From the NCBI GenBank assembly GCA_964016885.1, contig OZ024744.1, forward strand, positions 22,878,001-22,942,000: DNA of 64,000 nt. Direction: 5' to 3'. Source of the DNA: Eledone cirrhosa (taxonomy: Eukaryota). The notes under the pieces were generated by a model, which searched no databases, was not told where the DNA came from, and saw only the letters and a program-made list of their open reading frames with translations. Position 1 is the first letter of the stretch. Each line of letters opens with the position of its first letter. Below, one piece after another: positions 52,701-64,000 of this stretch. Position numbers and translations under genes: made by a program.

Positions 52701-55700
52701 TGTTGTTAAAATGAGTCAGTTCTTAAGATTCAACTGTTGTTAAAACGAGTTTTATCTTAAGATTCAACTGTTGTTAAAACGAGTCAGTTCTGAAGAATCA
52801 ACTGTTGTTAAAACGAGTTTTATTTGAAGATTCAACTGTTGTTAAAACGAGTCAGTGCTTAAGGTTGAACTGTTGATAAAACGAGGCACTTCTTAAGATT
52901 CAACTGTTGTTAAAACGAGTTTTATCTTAAGATTCAGCTGTTGTTAAAACGAGTCAGTTCTTAAGATTCAACTGTTGTTAAAACGAATTTTATCTTAAGA
53001 TTCAACTGTTGTTAAAACGAGTTTTATCTTAAGATTCAGCTGTTGTTAAAACGAATCAGTTCTTAAGATTCAACTGTTGTTAAAGCGAGTTTTATCTTAA
53101 GATTCAACTGTTGTTAAAACGAATCAGTTCTTAAGATTCAACTGTTGTTAAAACGAGTGTTATCATAAGATTCATCTGTTGTTAAAACGAGTCAGTTCTG
53201 AAGAATCAACTGTTGTTAAAACGAGTTTTATTTGAAGATTCAACTGTTGTTAAAACGAGTCAGTGCTTAAGGTTGAACTGTTGATAAATCGAGTCAGTTC
53301 TTAAGATTCAACTGTTGTTACAACGAGTTTTATCTTAAGATTCAGCTGTTGTTAAAACGAGTCAGTTCTTAAGATTCAACTGTTGTTAAAACGAATTTTA
53401 TCTTAAGATTCAACTGTTGTTAAAACGAGTTTTATCTTAAGATTCAGCTGTTGTTAAAACGAATCAATTCTTAAGATTCAACTGTTGTTAAAACGAGTTT
53501 TATTTGAAGATTCAACTGTTGTTAAGATGAGTCAGTTCTTAAGGTTGAACTGTTGATAAAACGAGTCAGTTCTTAAGATTCAACTGTTGTAAAACGAGTT
53601 TTATCTTAAGATTCAACTGTTGTTAAAACGAGTCAGTTCTTAAGATTCAACTGTTGTTAAAATGAGTCAGTTCTTAAGATTCAACTGTTGTTAAAACGAG
53701 TTTTATCTTAAGATTCAACTGTTGTTAAAACGAGTCAGTTCTTAAGATTCAACTGTAGTTAAAACGAGTTTTATCTGAAGATTCAACTGTTGTTAAAACG
53801 AATCAGTTCTTAAGATTCAACTGTTGTTAAAGTGAGTCAGTTCTTAAGATTCAACTGTTGTTAAAGCGAGTTTTATCTTAAGATTCAACTGTTGTTAAAA
53901 CGAGTCAGTTCTTAAGGTTGAACTGTTGTTAAAACGAGTCAGTTCTTAAGATTCAACTGTTGTTAAAACGAGTTTTATCTTAAGATTCAACTGTTGTTAA
54001 AATGAGTCAGTTCTTAAGATTCAACCGTTGTTAAAACGAGTTTTATCTTAAGATTCAACTGTTGTTAAAACGAGTCAGTTCTTAAGATTCAACTGTTTTT
54101 AAAACGAGTTTTATTTGAAGATTCAACTGTTGTTAAAATGAGTCAGTTCTTAAGATTCACCTGTTGTTAAAACGAGTTTTATCTTAAGATTCAACTGTTG
54201 TTAAAACGAGTCAGTTCTTATGATTCAACTGTTGTTAAAACGAGTTTTATTTGAGGATTCAACTGTTGTTAAAACGAGTCAGTTCTTAAGATTCAACTGT
54301 TGTTAAAACGAGATTTATCTAAAGATTCAGCTGTTGTTAATATGAGTCAGTTCTTAAGATTCAACTGTTGTTAAAACGAGTTTTATCTTAAGATTCAACT
54401 GTTGTTAAAACGAGTCAGTTCTGAAGAATCAACTGTTGTTAAAACGAGTTTTATTTGAAGATTCAACTGTTGTTAAAACGAGTCAGTGCTTAAGGTTGAA
54501 CTGTTGATAAAACGAGTCAGTTCTTAAGATTCAACTGTTGTTAAAACGAGTTTTATCTTAAGATTCAGCTGTTGTTAAAACGAGTCAGTTCTTAAGATTC
54601 AACTGTTGTTAAAACGAATTTTATCTTAAGATTCAACTGTTGTTAAAACGAGTTTTATCTTAAGATTCAGCTGTTGTTAAAATGAGTCAGTTCTTAAGAT
54701 TCAACTGTTGTTAAAACGAGTTTTATCTTAAGATTCAACTGTTGTTAAAACGAGTCAGTTCTTAAGATTCAACTGTTGTTAAAACGAATTTTATTTGAAG
54801 ATTCAACTGTTGTTAAGATGAGTCAGTTCTTAAGGTTGAACTGTTGATAAAACGAGTCAGTTCTTAAGATTCAACTGTTGTTAAAACGAGTTTTATCTTA
54901 AGATTTAGCAGTTGTTAAAACGAATCAGTTCTTAAGATTCAACTGTTGTTAAAACGAGTTTATCTTAAAATTCAGCCGTTGTTAAAACGAGTCAGTTCTT
55001 AAGATTCAACTCTTGTTAAAACGAGTTTTATCTTAAGATTCAACTGTTGTTAAAATGAGTCAGTTCTTAAGATTCAACTGTTGTTAAAACGAGTTTTATT
55101 TGAGGATTCAACTGTTGTTAAAACGAGTCAGTTCTTAAGGTTGAACTGTTGATAAAACGAGTCAGTTCTTAAGATTCAACTGTTGTTAAAACGGGTTTTA
55201 TCTAAAGATTCAGCTGTTGTTAAAATGAGTCAGTTCTTAAGATTCAACTGTTGTTAAAACGAGTTTTATCTTAAGATTGAACTGTTGTTAAAACGAGTCA
55301 GTTCTGAAGAATCAACTGTTGTTAAAACGAGTTTTATTTGAAGATTCAACTGTTGTTAAAACGAGTCAGTGCTTAAGGTTGAACTGTTGATAAAACGAGT
55401 CAGTTCTTAAGATTCAACTGTTGTTAAAACGAGTTTTATCTGAAGATTCAACTGTTGTTAAAACGAATCAGTTCTTAAGATTCAACTGTTGTTAAAATGA
55501 GTCAGTTCTTAAGATTCAAGTGTTGTTAAAACGAGTTTTATCTTAAGATTCAACTGTTGTTAAAACGAGTCAGTTCTTAAGATTCAACTGTTGTTAAAAC
55601 GAGTTTTATCTTAAGATTCATCTGTTGTTAAAACGAGTCAGTTCTTAAGGTTGAACTGTTGATAAAACGAGTCAGTTCTTAAGATTCAACTGTTGTTAAA

Positions 55701-58700
55701 ACGAGTTTTATCTAAAGATTCAGCTGTTGTTAGAATGAGTCAGTTCTTAAGATTCAACTGTTGTTAAAACGAGTTTTATCTTAAGATTCAACTGTTGTTA
55801 AAACGAGTCAGTTCTGAAGAATCAACTGTTGTTAAAACGAGTTTTATTTGAAGATTCAACTGTAGTTAAAACGAGTCAGTGCTTAAGGTTGAACTGTTGA
55901 TAAAACGAGTCAGTTCTTAAGATTCAACTGTTGTTAAAACGAGTTTTATCTTAAGATTCAGCTGTTGTTAAAACGAGTCAGTTCTTAAGATTCAACTGTT
56001 GTTAAAACGAATTTTATCTTAAGATTCAACTGTTGTTAAAACGAGTTTTATCTTAAGATTCAGCTGTTGTTAAAATGAGTCAGTTCTTAAGATTCAACTG
56101 TTGTTAAAACGAGTTTTATCTTAAGATTCAACTGTTGTTAAAACGAGTCAGTTCTTAAGATTCAACTGTTGTTAAAACGAGTTTTATCTTAAGATTCAAC
56201 TGTTGTTAAAACGAGTCAGTTCTTAAGATTCAACTGTTGTTAAAACGAATTTTACCTTAAGATTCAACTGTTGTTAAAACGAGATTTATCTTAAGATTTA
56301 GCTGTTGTTAAAACGAATCAGTTCTTAAGATTCAACTGTTGTTAAAACGAATTTTATTTGAAGATTCAACTGTTGTTAAGATGAGTCAGTTCTTAAGGTT
56401 GAACTGTTGATAAAACGAGTCAGTTCTTAAGATTCAACTGTTGTTAAAACGAGTTTTATCTTAAGATTTAGCTGTTGTTAAAACGAGTCAGTTCTTAAGA
56501 TTCAACTGTTGTTAAAACGAGTTTATCTTAAAATTCAGCCGTTGTTAAAACGAGTCAGTTCTTAAGAATCAACTGTTGTTAAAACGAGTTTTATCTTAAG
56601 ATTCAACTGTTGTTAAAATGAGTCAGTTCTTAAGATTCAACTGTTGTTAAAACGAGTTTTATTTGAGGATTCAACTGTTGTTAAAACGAGTCAGTTCTTA
56701 AGATTGAACTGTTGAGAAAACGAGTCAGTTCTTAATATTCAACTGTTGTTAAAACGAGTTTTATCTAGAGATTCAGCTGTTGTTAAAATGAGTCAGTTCT
56801 TAAGATTCAACTGTTGTTAAAACGAGTTTTATCTTAAGATTCAACTGTTGTTAAAACGAGTCAGTTCTGAAGAATCAACTGTTGTTAAAACGAGTTTTAT
56901 TTGAAGATGCAACTGTTGTTAAAACGAGTCAGTGCTTAAGGTTGAACTGTTGATAAAACGAGTCAGTTCTTAAGATTCAACTGTTGTTAAAACGAGTTTT
57001 ATCTTAAGATTCTGCTGTTGTTAAAACGAGTCAGTTCTTAAGATTCAACTGTTTTTAAAACGAATTTTATCTTAAGATTCAACTGTTGTTAAAACGAGTT
57101 TTATCTTAAGATTCAGCTGTTGTTAAAACGAATCAGTTCTTAAGATTCAACTGTTGTTAAAACGAGTTTTATTTGAAGATTCAACTGTTGTTAAGATGAG
57201 TCAGTTCTTAAGGTTGAACTGTTGATAAAACGAGTCAGTTCTTAAGATTCAACTGTTGTAAAACGAGTTTTATCTTAAGATTCAACTGTTGTTAAAACGA
57301 GTCAGTTCTTAAGATTCAACTGTTGTTAAAATGAGTCAGTTCTTAAGATTCAACTGTTGTTAAAACGAGTTTTATCTTAAGATTCAACTGTTGTTAAAAC
57401 GAGTCAGTTCTTAAGATTCAACTGTAGTTAAAACGAGTTTTATCTGAAGATTCAACTGTTGTTAAAACGAATCAGTTCTTAAGATTCAACTGTTGTTAAA
57501 GTGAGTCAGTTCTTAAGATTCAACTGTTGTTAAAGCGAGTTTTATCTTAAGATTCAACTGTTGTTAAAACGAGTCAGTTCTTAAGGTTGAACTGTTGTTA
57601 AAACGAGTCAGTTCTTAAGATTCAACTGTTGTTAAAACGAGTTTTATCTTAAGATTCAACTGTTGTTAAAATGAGTCAGTTCTTAAGATTCAACCGTTGT
57701 TAAAACGAGTTTTATCTTAAGATTCAACTGTTGTTAAAACGAGTCAGTTCTTAAGATTCAACTGTTTTTAAAACGAGTTTTATTTGAAGATTCAACTGTT
57801 GTTAAAATGAGTCAGTTCTTAAGATTCACCTGTTGTTAAAACGAGTTTTATCTTAAGATTCAACTGTTGTTAAAACGAGTCAGTTCTTATGATTCAACTG
57901 TTGTTAAAACGAGTTTTATTTGAGGATTCAACTGTTGTTAAAACGAGTCAGTTCTTAAGATTCAACTGTTGTTAAAACGAGATTTATCTAAAGATTCAGC
58001 TGTTGTTAATATGAGTCAGTTCTTAAGATTCAACTGTTGTTAAAACGAGTTTTATCTTAAGATTCAACTGTTGTTAAAACGAGTCAGTTCTGAAGAATCA
58101 ACTGTTGTTAAAACGAGTTTTATTTGAAGATTCAACTGTTGTTAAAACGAGTCAGTGCTTAAGGTTGAACTGTTGATAAAACGAGTCAGTTCTTAAGATT
58201 CAACTGTTGTTAAAACGAGTTTTATCTTAAGATTCAGCTGTTGTTAAAACGAGTCAGTTCTTAAGATTCAACTGTTGTTAAAACGAATTTTATCTTAAGA
58301 TTCAACTGTTGTTAAAACGAGTTTTATCTTAAGATTCAGCTGTTGTTAAAATGAGTCAGTTCTTAAGATTCAACTGTTGTTAAAACGAGTTTTATCTTAA
58401 GATTCAACTGTTGTTAAAACGAGTCAGTTCTTAAGATTCAACTGTTGTTAAAACGAATTTTATTTGAAGATTCAACTGTTGTTAAGATGAGTCAGTTCTT
58501 AAGGTTGAACTGTTGATAAAACGAGTCAGTTCTTAAGATTCAACTGTTGTTAAAACGAGTTTTATCTTAAGATTTAGCAGTTGTTAAAACGAATCAGTTC
58601 TTAAGATTCAACTGTTGTTAAAACGAGTTTATCTTAAAATTCAGCCGTTGTTAAAACGAGTCAGTTCTTAAGATTCAACTCTTGTTAAAACGAGTTTTAT

Positions 58701-61700
58701 CTTAAGATTCAACTGTTGTTAAAATGAGTCAGTTCTTAAGATTCAACTGTTGTTAAAACGAGTTTTATTTGAGGATTCAACTGTTGTTAAAACGAGTCAG
58801 TTCTTAAGGTTGAACTGTTGATAAAACGAGTCAGTTCTTAAGATTCAACTGTTGTTAAAACGGGTTTTATCTAAAGATTCAGCTGTTGTTAAAATGAGTC
58901 AGTTCTTAAGATTCAACTGTTGTTAAAACGAGTTTTATCTTAAGATTGAACTGTTGTTAAAACGAGTCAGTTCTGAAGAATCAACTGTTGTTAAAACGAG
59001 TTTTATTTGAAGATTCAACTGTTGTTAAAACGAGTCAGTGCTTAAGGTTGAACTGTTGATAAAACGAGTCAGTTCTTAAGATTCAACTGTTGTTAAAACG
59101 AGTTTTATCTGAAGATTCAACTGTTGTTAAAACGAATCAGTTCTTAAGATTCAACTGTTGTTAAAATGAGTCAGTTCTTAAGATTCAACTGTTGTTAAAA
59201 CGAGTTTTATCTTAAGATTCAACTGTTGTTAAAACGAGTCAGTTCTTAAGATTCAACTGTTGTTAAAACGAGTTTTATCTTAAGATTCATCTGTTGTTAA
59301 AACGAGTCAGTTCTTAAGGTTGAACTGTTGATAAAACGAGTCAGTTCTTAAGATTCAACTGTTGTTAAAACGAGTTTTATCTAAAGATTCAGCTGTTGTT
59401 AGAATGAGTCAGTTCTTAAGATTCAACTGTTGTTAAAACGAGTTTTATCTTAAGATTCAACTGTTGTTAAAACGAGTCAGTTCTGAAGAATCAACTGTTG
59501 TTAAAACGAGTTTTATTTGAAGATTCAACTGTAGTTAAAACGAGTCAGTGCTTAAGGTTGAACTGTTGATAAAACGAGTCAGTTCTTAAGATTCAACTGT
59601 TGTTAAAACGAGTTTTATCTTAAGATTCAGCTGTTGTTAAAACGAGTCAGTTCTTAAGATTCAACTGTTGTTAAAACGAATTTTATCTTAAGATTCAACT
59701 GTTGTTAAAACGAGTTTTATCTTAAGATTCAGCTGTTGTTAAAATGAGTCAGTTCTTAAGATTCAACTGTTGTTAAAACGAGTTTTATCTTAAGATTCAA
59801 CTGTTGTTAAAACGAGTCAGTTCTTAAGATTCAACTGTTGTTAAAACGAGTTTTATCTTAAGATTCAACTGTTGTTAAAACGAGTCAGTTCTTAAGATTC
59901 AACTGTTGTTAAAACGAATTTTACCTTAAGATTCAACTGTTGTTAAAACGAGATTTATCTTAAGATTTAGCTGTTGTTAAAACGAATCAGTTCTTAAGAT
60001 TCAACTGTTGTTAAAACGAATTTTATTTGAAGATTCAACTGTTGTTAAGATGAGTCAGTTCTTAAGGTTGAACTGTTGATAAAACGAGTCAGTTCTTAAG
60101 ATTCAACTGTTGTTAAAACGAGTTTTATCTTAAGATTTAGCTGTTGTTAAAACGAGTCAGTTCTTAAGATTCAACTGTTGTTAAAACGAGTTTATCTTAA
60201 AATTCAGCCGTTGTTAAAACGAGTCAGTTCTTAAGAATCAACTGTTGTTAAAACGAGTTTTATCTTAAGATTCAACTGTTGTTAAAATGAGTCAGTTCTT
60301 AAGATTCAACTGTTGTTAAAACGAGTTTTATTTGAGGATTCAACTGTTGTTAAAACGAGTCAGTTCTTAAGATTGAACTGTTGAGAAAACGAGTCAGTTC
60401 TTAATATTCAACTGTTGTTAAAACGAGTTTTATCTAGAGATTCAGCTGTTGTTAAAATGAGTCAGTTCTTAAGATTCAACTGTTGTTAAAACGAGTTTTA
60501 TCTTAAGATTCAACTGTTGTTAAAACGAGTCAGTTCTGAAGAATCAACTGTTGTTAAAACGAGTTTTATTTGAAGATGCAACTGTTGTTAAAACGAGTCA
60601 GTGCTTAAGGTTGAACTGTTGATAAAACGAGTCAGTTCTTAAGATTCAACTGTTGTTAAAACGAGTTTTATCTTAAGATTCTGCTGTTGTTAAAACGAGT
60701 CAGTTCTTAAGATTCAACTGTTTTTAAAACGAATTTTATCTTAAGATTCAACTGTTGTTAAAACGAGTTTTATCTTAAGATTCAGCTGTTGTTAAAACGA
60801 ATCAGTTCTTAAGATTCAACTGTTGTTAAAACGAGTTTTATTTGAAGATTCAACTGTTGTTAAGATGAGTCAGTTCTTAAGGTTGAACTGTTGATAAAAC
60901 GAGTCAGTTCTTAAGATTCAACTGTTGTAAAACGAGTTTTATCTTAAGATTCAGCTGTTGTTAAAACGAGTCAGTTCTTAAGATTCAACTGTTGTTAAAA
61001 CGAGTTTTATCTGAAGATTCAACTGTTGTTAAAACGAATCAGTTCTTAAGATTCAACTGTTGTTAAAATGAGTCAGTTCTTAAGATTCAACTGTTGTTAA
61101 AACGAGTTTTATCTTAAGATTCAACTGTTGTTAAAACGAGTCAGTTCTTAAGATTCAACTGTTGTTAAAACGAGTTTTATTTGAGGATTCAACTGTTGTT
61201 AAAACGAGTCAGTTCTTAAGGTTGAACTGTTGATAAAACGAGTCAGTTCTTGAGATTCAACTGTTGTTAAAACGAGTTTTATCTAAAGATTCAGCTGTTG
61301 TTAGAATGAGTCAGTTCTTAAGATTCAACTGTTGTTAAAACGAGTTTTATCTTAAGATTCAACTGTTGTTAAAACGAGTCAGTTCTGAAGAATCAACTGT
61401 TGTTAAAACGAGTTTTATTTGAAGATTCAACTGTTGTTAAAACGAGTCAGTGCTTAAGGTTGAACTGTTGATAAAACGAGTCAGTTCTTAAGATTCAACT
61501 GTTGTTAAAACGAGTTTTATCTTAAGATTCAGCTGTTGTTAAAACGAGTCAGTTCTTAAGATTCAACTGTTGTTAAAACGAATTTTATCTTAAGATTCAA
61601 CTGTTGTTAAAACGAGTTTTATCTTAAGATTCAGCTGTTGTTAAAATGAGTCAGTTCTTAAGATTCAACTGTTGTTAAAACGAGTTTTATCTTAAGATTC

Positions 61701-64000
61701 AACTGTTGTTAAAACGAGTCAGTTCTTAAGATTCAACTGTTGTTAAAACGAATTTTATTTGAAGATTCAACTGTTGTTAAGATGAGTCAGTTCTTAAGGT
61801 TGAACTGTTGATAAAACGAGTCAGTTCTTAAGATTCAACTGTTGTAAAACGAGTTTTATCTTAAGATTTAGCTGTTGTTAAAACGAGTCAGTTCTTAAGA
61901 TTCAACTGTTGTTAAAACGAGTTTATCTTAAAATTCAGCCGTTGTTAAAACGAGTCAGTTCTTAAGATTCAACTGTTGTTAAAACGAGTTTTATCTTAAG
62001 ATTCAACTGTTGTTAAAATGAGTCAGTTCTTAAGATTCAACTGTTGTTAAAACGAGTTTTATTTGAGGATTCAACTGTTGTTAAAACGAGTCAGTTCTTA
62101 AGGTTGAACTGTTGATAAAACGAGTCAGTTCTTAAGATTCAACTGTTGTTAAAACGAGTTTTATCTACAGATTCAGCTGTTGTTAAAATGAGTCAGTTCT
62201 TAAGATTCAACTGTTGTTAAAACGAGTTTTATCTTAAGATTCATCTGTTGTTAAAACGAGTCAGTTCTGAAGAATCAACTGTTGTTAAAACGAGTTTTAT
62301 TTGAAGATTCAACTGTTGTTAAAACGAGTCAGTGCTTAAGGTTGAACTGTTGATAAAACGAGTCAGTTCTTAAGATTCAACTGTTGTTAAAACGAGTTTT
62401 ATCTTAAGATTCAGCTGTTGTTAAAACGAGTCAGTTCTTAAGATTCAACTGTTGTTAATACGAATTTTATCTTAAGATTCAACTGTTGTTAAAACGAGTT
62501 TTATCTTAAGATTCAGCTGTTGTTAAAACGAATCAGTTCTTAAGATTCAACTGTTGTTAAAACGAGTTTTATTTGAAGATTCAACTGTTGTTAAGATGAG
62601 TCAGTTCTTAAGGTTGAACTGTTGATAAAACGAGTCAGTTCTTAAGATTCAACTGTTGTAAAACGAGTTTTATCTTAAGATTCAGCTGTTGTTAAAACGT
62701 GTCAGTTCTTAAGATTCAACTGTTGTTAAAACGAGTTTTATCTTAAGATTCAACTGTTGTTAAAACGAATCAGTTCTTAAGATTCAACTGTTGTTAAAAT
62801 GAGTCAGTTCTTAAGATTCAACTGTTGTTAAAACGAGTTTTATCTTAAGATTCAACTGTTGTTAAAACGAGTCAGTTCTTAAGATTCAACTGTTGTTAAA
62901 ACGAGTTTTATTTGAGGATTCAACTGTTGTTAAAACGAGTCAGTTCTTAAGGTTGAACTGTTGATAAAACGAGTCAGTTCTTAAGATTCAACTGTTGTTA
63001 AAACGAGTTTTATCTAAAGATTCAGCTGTTGTTAAAATGAGTCAGTTCTTATGATTCAACTGTTGTTAAAACGAGTTTTATCTTAAGATTCAACTGTTGT
63101 TAAAACGAGTCAGTTCTGAAGAATCGACTGTTGTTAAAACGAGTTTTATTTGAAGATTCAACTGTTGTTAAAACGAGTCAGTGCTTAAGGTTGAACTGTT
63201 GATAAAACGAGTCAGTTCTTAAGATTCAACTGTTGTTAAAACGAGTTTTATCTTAAGATTCAGCTGTTGTTAAAACGAGTCAGTTCTTAAAATTCAACTG
63301 TTGTTAAAACGAATTTTATCTTAAGATTCAACTGTTGTTAAAACGAGTTTTATCTTAAGATTCAGCTGTTGTTAAAACGAATCAGTTCTTAAGATTCAAC
63401 TGTTGTTAAAACGAGTTTTATTTGAAGATTCAACTGTTGTAAAACGAGTTTTATCTTAAGATTCAGCTGTTGTTAAAACGAGTCAGTTCTTAAGGTTGAA
63501 CTGTTGTTAAAACGAGTCAGTTCTTAAGATTCAACTGTTGTTAAAACGAGTTTTATCTTAAGATTCAACTGTTGTTAAAACGAGTTTTATCTTAAGATTC
63601 AACTGTTGTTAAAACGAGTTTTATCTTAAGATTCAACTGTTGTTAAAACGAATCAGTTCTTAAGATTCAACTGTTGTTAAAATGAGTCAGTTCTTAAGAT
63701 TCAACTGTTGTTAAAACGAGTTTTATCTTAAGATTCAACTGTTGTTAAAACGAGTCAGTTCTTAAGATTCAACTGTAGTTAAAACGAGTTTTATCTGAAG
63801 ATTCAACTGTTGTTAAAACGAATCAGTTCTTAAGATTCAACTGTTGTTAAAATAAGTCAGTTCTTAAGATTCAACTGTTGTTAAAACGAGTTTTATCTTA
63901 AGATTCAACTGTTCTTAAAACGAGTCAGTTCTTAAGGTTGAACTGTTGTTAAAACGAGTCAGTTCTTAAGATTCAACTGTTGTTAAAACTAGTTTTATCT
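49730..64000. repeat. 34-bp satellite DNA (~420 monomers) with two monomer types and higher-order structure
   Basis: Type A gagtcagttcttaagattcaactgttgttaaaac and type B gagttttatcttaagattcaactgttgttaaaac, mostly alternating. Runs to the window end. Confidence 0.97.

Noticed and set aside
49730-64000. CRISPR-like array (34-bp partly palindromic repeats)
   Set aside because: Monomers are contiguous with no unique spacers, there are no cas genes, and the context is eukaryotic. It is a satellite.

Overview
Gene-free, repeat-saturated animal genomic DNA. The (TA)n/(CA)n richness, the SINE family and the LINE set point to an octopus or other cephalopod (inference). No host protein-coding gene is supported, and most listed ORFs are microsatellite translations. 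Bases 1-49.5 kb are a mosaic of retroelements in microsatellites: (i) a Tx1/L1-group LINE family (one intact 1153-aa APE-RT-CCHC ORF2 plus at least five other copies) inserted in (TATC)n/(GATA)n; (ii) two R4/Dong-like RLE LINEs next to (TAA)n and (TACA)n; (iii) several Penelope-like elements (Naiad-type and Neptune-type GIY-YIG); (iv) RTE fragments, tRNA-derived SINEs and hAT/piggyBac-type MITEs. Non-coding highlights are several hammerhead-ribozyme motifs: a tandem pair delimiting a 535-nt retrozyme-like unit, a variant CAGAAGA core conserved in three copies, a head-to-head palindrome and a solo copy. A Penelope remnant has the 48-bp segment encoding its GIY-YIG/CxxC signature amplified in frame 45 times. 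After a 200-N gap, 49,730-64,000 is a 34-bp two-type satellite with higher-order structure, including a 3,669-bp near-identical tandem duplication. All calls were made by eye, without searches or folding software.
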